A DNA stretch of 64,000 nucleotides from Flaccisagitta enflata (lineage: Eukaryota), in contig OZ231126.1 of the NCBI GenBank assembly GCA_965153355.1, positions 48,546,001 through 48,610,000 of the forward strand, written 5' to 3'. Shown piece by piece: positions 58,801-64,000 of the stretch; within the stretch, counting starts at the first letter, position 1; each line of letters begins with the position of its first letter. A program made the position numbers and the translations under genes. A model generated the notes under the pieces. That model was not told where the DNA came from, ran no database searches, and saw only the letters and a program-made list of their open reading frames with translations.

Positions 58801-61485
58801 GATTAAAGATATAGAGAACAGAACTTATTCTAACAATTTTTTTTTCAATTTATATACATTTCTAAAAGCTTGGTAGGTGTATATATACTTTTTCCCTAGA
58901 CAGTATAACGCGGTAAATTTTTTAGGTATTGCCCATTGGTAATGCTTTTCCCAGACTAAGTGGTATCATTACTGTGTTCCCCTTCAATACAGGGTGATGA
59001 GTCTCAGGCTCTCAGCTAGTAATAGGTCTCAAATGCATCAAGAATCATTAACCCGTCAAAAAAAGGTTCAATGCATTTTGAGATGAATCTCGTACTTCTA
59101 AATAACTTGCCAACAGCATCAAACTGAATTAACAAGCCTGATTGGGCAACAATGCGTCCTCAACTTATCTCTATGTAGAAAGAATTCCATGATTTTTGCA
59201 TATTACAGTTCTTATCATCAAGATCGCTTTTCATGGTTAAATGATACATCAAGATCGCTTTTCATGGTTAAATAATACATCATTTCATGAATATACCAAT
59301 CAACAAAAAATGCAGTTCTTGTTCTTTTATGTAATACAGTGGGAACCCGATTTAACGACCCTGAAGGGACTAGGGATTTTTGGTTGTTAAATCCGAATGT
59401 TGTTAAATCGAATTTTTAATTTTTTAAATCATTTTTTATGTAAGCAACTAAGGCATCAGTGCCCAATCAATTGTTACAGTTATTATCAAAGAATTAGAGC
59501 AATTGGGTAGCAAACATATAAATTGACATATAAACAAAGGGACAGAGCTACAAACAAACAAATAGAAAAACAGACAGAAAGACAAAAAAAAACAGACAAA
59601 CAAAAAAGCAAATAAATTAACTTTGTAAAAAATGTTTTTAATATAAAAGAATAGATACAAAATATCACAAATCATTTAAAGGATATAAAATATCTTTGAA
59701 ACAAAAATCAAGTTTCTCTACTGATAAAATTTCATTGTTTTTATTCATAGATTATTTTTATCATTCTTCATCTTGTTCACTTTTATCTGTTTCTGTTATA
59801 ATGTTTTTCATTAATTTCAAATTGTATCAAAGCTTGAATGAAAATTTTAAATGAGAAAAAAATCACATAATTTAGTTGAAATGTCAATGTCAGGGGACCT
59901 AAAAATAATGACTTTAAATCAGGTTTGGCTGTTAAATCAGGTGTCGTTAAATCGGGTAAAATTAACATTAGAAAAGCCTATAAAAATTTGGGACTAAAGA
60001 ATCCTGGATGTTAAATCCGAATTGTCGTTAAATCAGGTGACAAAAAGGCGGTAGTCCACTGTACTTTAATGAAATCAATTCTGGAGGTGGGAGGGATGGG
60101 GGGCAGAATCTAAGCAATCAGAATTATTAATATGAGGGAAGGTTGCTACGTAACTCAAAAGATGCGAGGACGCATTAAAAATGATTGGGAGCAGTGTGGG
60201 AGAGCTTAAATTGGTGATTGATGGATTTTCGAAAAAGGGTAATGGACGGACTGACGGATGGACAGAGACACTTGTAGAGATGCGATGACGCACCTACAAA
60301 TAATTGGGGGTGGTGTGGGAGGGATTGAATTGGTGATTGATGGATTTTTGAGAAGGGTAACCGACGGACCAACAGACAGAAGGACAGACCATCTCATAGA
60401 GATGTAAGGACTCATCTAACAAGGCTGGATACACGGCAATCCAGTCGCAGATAGTTGGGTAGGAGCAGTAATACGTAACTTCAATACCGACGGACAGATG
60501 AACAGACACGCCAAGGTGAAGAGTCGCGTGTTGCCGACTAAAAATGATTTGGAGCGGTGTAGGAGGGATTGAATTGGTGATTAATCGATTTTCGAAAAAA
60601 GGTAACGGATGGACCAACAGACAGACCCTCTTGTAGAGATGCGAGGACGCATCCAAAAAATCAATCGGTCTCTTCCTAACAATTTTTTTTCTCAAATGAT
60701 GTCGTCCTTTAACAGGATGAAGCTGTAGCCAATTAACAAGGCCAGATACACGGGCCAAGACGGTGCGCCGAGCGTTATTAATTCATAGCTATCCCTAGCT
60801 CCATCAGACCTATCCCTAGCTCTATCAGACCATTCCTAGCTCTATCAGACCTATCCCGCCGAGCGTTATTAATCCATAGCTATCCCTAGCTCCATCAGAC
60901 CTAACCCTAGCTCTATCAGACCATTCATAAAGGATCAGCATAAAAACACTTCTATGGAAAAGCTAACTAAACTACATGGTTTCCAAAGTTGCGTGCTGGT
61001 GGGCAGGGGTAGTCATAAAAAGGCTAACCGTGCCTCAGGGCAGGAGCGGTAATACAATAGAAAAAGTAAAGTTTGACGGAGGGGTGGATGTTTGGACAAA
61101 GCAGGTTGAGTCGCATGCACGCTACTAAAAATCTCATAAAAAGTGCATTTGCCGGTTTATCATCCTCATTCTTCGCCTCCAATGGAGAGCAATGTCAAAA
61201 TCCTTTTGCCGCCTATTTTAACTAGAGGTTGACTGTGATCTTTTCTTTCACACGATTCGAAAAAGTAAACTGTCTCCAAACTTACACTATAGTAAAGGAG
61301 AATGATAACTTTTTCCTCTCACAGACCTGACCTATGATGATGTGTGCAAGAAGCCCTTCACAACGGTTGTGCATCCCTTCGACGAACGTCGTTTCGTATA
61401 CTGTGCATACAAGAGAGCATACGCGTGTAGCTGCCCACAGGGACTTAAATTCAGCAAAACCAAACCATTGGTCTGTACAATGTGA
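52899..61485 (+). CDS. Secreted mosaic protein (~293 aa): signal peptide + PAN/apple domain + 2x thyroglobulin type-1 + CBM14/peritrophin-A-like domain; exons 52899-52953, 56078-56200, 56306-56404, 56764-56973, 57223-57456, 61325-61485
   Basis: Signal peptide MAFLIFACVALIVVSATE. PAN-like ENGVDRPGNDI...SCVALCESIVGCVAITY...NCWPK. TY-1 motifs IPSCEIDTSFSAKQCHDNKCWCVAKNG and KPSCKPNGDFQAKQC...HCWCSLKNG. C-terminal VCKKP...HPFDERRFVYCAYKRAYACSCPQGLKFS...VC. All introns are phase 1 and AATAAA lies near 61734. Extra small exons in the long introns cannot be excluded. Confidence 0.78.
53392..53974. mobile_element. Tc1/mariner-like MITE
   Basis: TA-CAGTGCGATGCATAA ... TTATGCATCGCACTA-TA. Confidence 0.65.
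54254..54810. mobile_element. TA-flanked palindromic MITE, same family as 46027-46880
   Basis: TA-CAGTACAATGGGAGCAAA ... TTTGGTCCCATAGTACTG-TA; long imperfect inverted arms. Confidence 0.8.
57824..58605. mobile_element. TA-flanked TIR element
   Basis: TA-GGGGGGATGGGGCAAATCTGGTCACTT ... AAGTGGCCCGATTTGCCCCACCCTCCCC-TA; internal copies of GGCCCGATTTG. Confidence 0.65.
59337..60061. mobile_element. Tigger-like MITE
   Basis: TA-CAGTGGGA ... TCCACTG-TA with repeated subterminal GTTAAATC motifs. Confidence 0.55.
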
Positions 61486-62557
61486 GACCAAACCACGAAG
61501 CGGAACATATGAGCTCAGCGTCTCCCCTAATTACCGACATTGCCGATCTCTTAATCTCTCCGGCGTACAAATGTCATTTTAACAAGATGATAAATAACAT
61601 TGAATTTACTTAATCAACCACCACGTTTGTAGTATAATATATCAGCAAATCGGTATTTTCGTGTTTTGTGTGACGTAATCTGTTGCGATTTGTAAAATGA
61701 ACGCGAACTATTTCTTCATATCTTCTTGTCGAGAATAAAGCTGTTGCTCATTAAGTTAGGCTTGCATTCAGTTTCAGTGATGAGGGCAAAGTTCTGAAAA
61801 CCAGTGACCGATAATATATGGATAATGCATTATCTTGATTGAGTGACTTACTAGTGTAGACATGTTTGATAGCCATTAATCTTATTGAATTCAGGGACTT
61901 TTGGTCATGATCGGGTCAGGTGTGTCAATATGCAAAGGGTCTTTCAAATCATTCTACCTTTATAATCTTTTTTTTTTCCAAATTCTATTTATCGTTTTGT
62001 TTAATAGCGCAAGTATAGATTTATAAATATACGACATCATGAACCATATCTTGACACTCTTGTTCCATCGCTTTTTTGCACCATTTGCTATATGAGCCCA
62101 TTCATACTATCTTGAAGAATCTGTCTTCAAATTGCATGCTTTGTACAGTAAAATGATCTTAAATTGGCAAAATTTTCAAACAAAATCTTAAAAAAGAGTA
62201 AGATTATTTTAAAGAGGTATCTTTATATGTATTTCCATCATTGTTAATGAAGAAATTGAAAGAAAATGTCATGAAGGGACGATAATTTCATATCCGTTAA
62301 GAGGCGGATTTCCGTTTATCTTATAGCGAGATCTAACTACATGTACTTTCAGCCTCTACATCCAGTTTTGCTGAGTAAAGATCAAGATTTCTTTTAATAT
62401 TCTTTCAAGTTTTTAGTTCTAAGAAAAAACTATTCCTAATTTCAAATAAAAATTTCAAAATATCTAAAATATTTTATCCTTGTATAAGTAACTGACTTAT
62501 CAGAAGCAGGCTTAAAATGTTGACTTGATCACATCTCCACCCAGGAATAATCTTCGC

Positions 62558-63142
62558 TTTTTGGGCAGCGGCCCCGAAGGGGGCGAAGTCCTGTAGAACA
62601 CAGGGGGACTTTCGTTCATTCGTCTATTTGTACATGCATCCCCCCCAGGCCCTCTCAGGGCTGAAATCTACCCTCTCAAACTTGAAATCTGCCCTCTCTG
62701 GCCTTGAATATGCCCTCTTAGGCCTGAAATCTGCCCTCTCAAGCCTGAAATTTGCCCTCCAAGACCATAAATCTGTCTTCTTAGATTCATGGTCTGAGAC
62801 GGTAGATCTTAGGCCTGAGAGAGTAGATATCAGGCCTGAGGGCAGATTTCAAGCCTGAGAGGGCCTGGATTTTAGGCCTGAGAGGGCCTAGGAAGGATGG
62901 ACGGACAAATAAAGAACTGATGGACGGACAAATAAAGAACTGATGGACGGACAAATAAAGAACTGATGGACGGACAAATAAAGAACTGATGGACGGACAA
63001 ACAAAAGTCCCCCTGTGTTCTACAGGAATATCCCCTTTGGGGCCGCTGCCCTGCTTCCCTGCTTCCCCTCACTCAAATTCACAATCATTCAAAGCAGGGC
63101 AACGGGTATCGCTGACCACATATTGCCCTTGGGCGACCTGTT
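62558..63142 (+). mobile_element. Family A HINE-like element, complete copy
   Basis: TTTTTGGGCAGCGGCCCCGAAGGGGCGAAGTCCTGTAGAACACAGGGGGACTTT ... AAAGTCCCCCTGTGTTCTACAGGA...GGGGCCGCTGCCC ... TTGCCCTTGGGCGACCTGTT. Contains an internal 21-bp array and a 22-bp repeat (GATGGACGGACAAATAAAGAACT-like). Confidence 0.65.
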
Positions 63143-63359
63143 CTCCAATTCCCAGGCCGCTGAAATTGTGAGAAAGTAAGAAGGGCTAGGGATGGGAGGG
63201 GGGGGGTATCCGTCGGGTGAATACAGCCCGCATCCATGATTGGGCTGTAGAAAGGCAACAACTGAAATGTCCCGAACAGGATGGTCTCCATGATGAGAGC
63301 CCAATGCGGTTCTTAGATAACTATGGCAAAATAAAAAAAGACAGTAATTTTCAAAATGA

Positions 63360-63900
63360 TATTGTGAGCTCATTTTTTGGAGTAGCTTTATAATTTTCTA
63401 GACCAATATAGTTTGTCAAATTTGGAACCTAGCAAAAAAATCAGATCTTGAAAAAGTTGATTTTTGCGCCCATAGCATTGATTTTTGCAAAATTTGTCTA
63501 TTGAACAATCACCGAGTTGGTTTCAGTTTCAGTTTAGATCCAACTTTGAAAACTAACTGTGAGCTCAATTTTTGGAGCAAGATCAGAACTTTTTAGATGG
63601 TGATAGCATGTCAAATTTCTGACATAGTAAAAAAATCAGAACTCAAAAAAGTTTATTTTTGTAGTTGCAACATCAATTTTTGTAAAATCGGTTAAAGTTA
63701 GATGGTCAAAATAAAAAAACATTTATCTAGAGTTGATTTCAAATGTTCATTTTTTTTAATAGCTTCACATTTTTTTTAGGTGGTGACAGTACGGCAAGTT
63801 TTTGACACAGCAAAAAAATCGGAACTCAAAAAAGTGTATTTTTGCATCAGAATCATCAATTTTTGTGAATAGACTTCTTATAAAAAATCTAGTGTTGATA
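63360..63900 (+). repeat. ~185-190-bp degenerate tandem repeat (3 copies), followed by an inverted copy at the window end
   Basis: AGCAAAAAAATCAGA...AAAAAGT..TTTTTG recurs at about 63431, 63626 and 63809; a reverse-complement copy lies near 63950-64000. Confidence 0.65.
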
Positions 63901-64000
63901 TCCAGTTTTGACAGATTTTACAAAAATTGATGTAGAAGGTACAAAAATACACTTTGAATTCTGATTTTTTTGCTGTGTCAGAAATTTGACCTGCTATCAC

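Noticed and set aside
60766-60926. Repeat-spacer-like pattern (CCCTAGCTCTATCAGACC)
   Set aside because: It is a simple tandem duplication of ~91 bp inside a HINE-like copy, with no unique spacers and no cas genes, so it is not CRISPR.

Overview
AT-rich, repeat-dense eukaryotic (invertebrate-animal-like) genomic DNA with spliceosomal introns; no prokaryotic features, CRISPR array or recognisable RNA genes. Manual GT-AG exon assembly with phase checking gives five protein-coding genes. (1) The 3' six exons of a PM20D1-like M20 metallo-amidohydrolase (+, 940-7064). (2) A divergent REEP/DP1/Yop1 (TB2/DP1/HVA22) ER-shaping protein with a long C-terminal tail (+, 8617-16032, 8 exons). (3) An unrecognised acidic protein ending in LLCCLCNWSA (+, 27288-29935, 4 exons). 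(4) A ~1284-aa KASH5/LRMP-like nuclear-envelope protein with EF-hand-like region, coiled coil, TM helix and a KASH-like tail ending PNPPW (-, 32004-45014, 12 exons). (5) A small secreted mosaic protein: signal peptide, PAN/apple, two thyroglobulin type-1 domains and a CBM14-like domain (+, 52899-61485, 6 exons). Introns and intergenic DNA are packed with non-autonomous DNA elements: Helentron/DINE-1-like (HINE) families with expandable internal minisatellites, hAT-like MITEs with 8-bp TSDs, TA-flanked Tc1/mariner/pogo-like MITEs, a 9-bp-TSD family, long palindromes and GA/CA microsatellites. A frameshifted, locally duplicated coding-like relic lies at about 18.9-23.2 kb. Gene models and family assignments come from reading motifs by eye, not from database searches.
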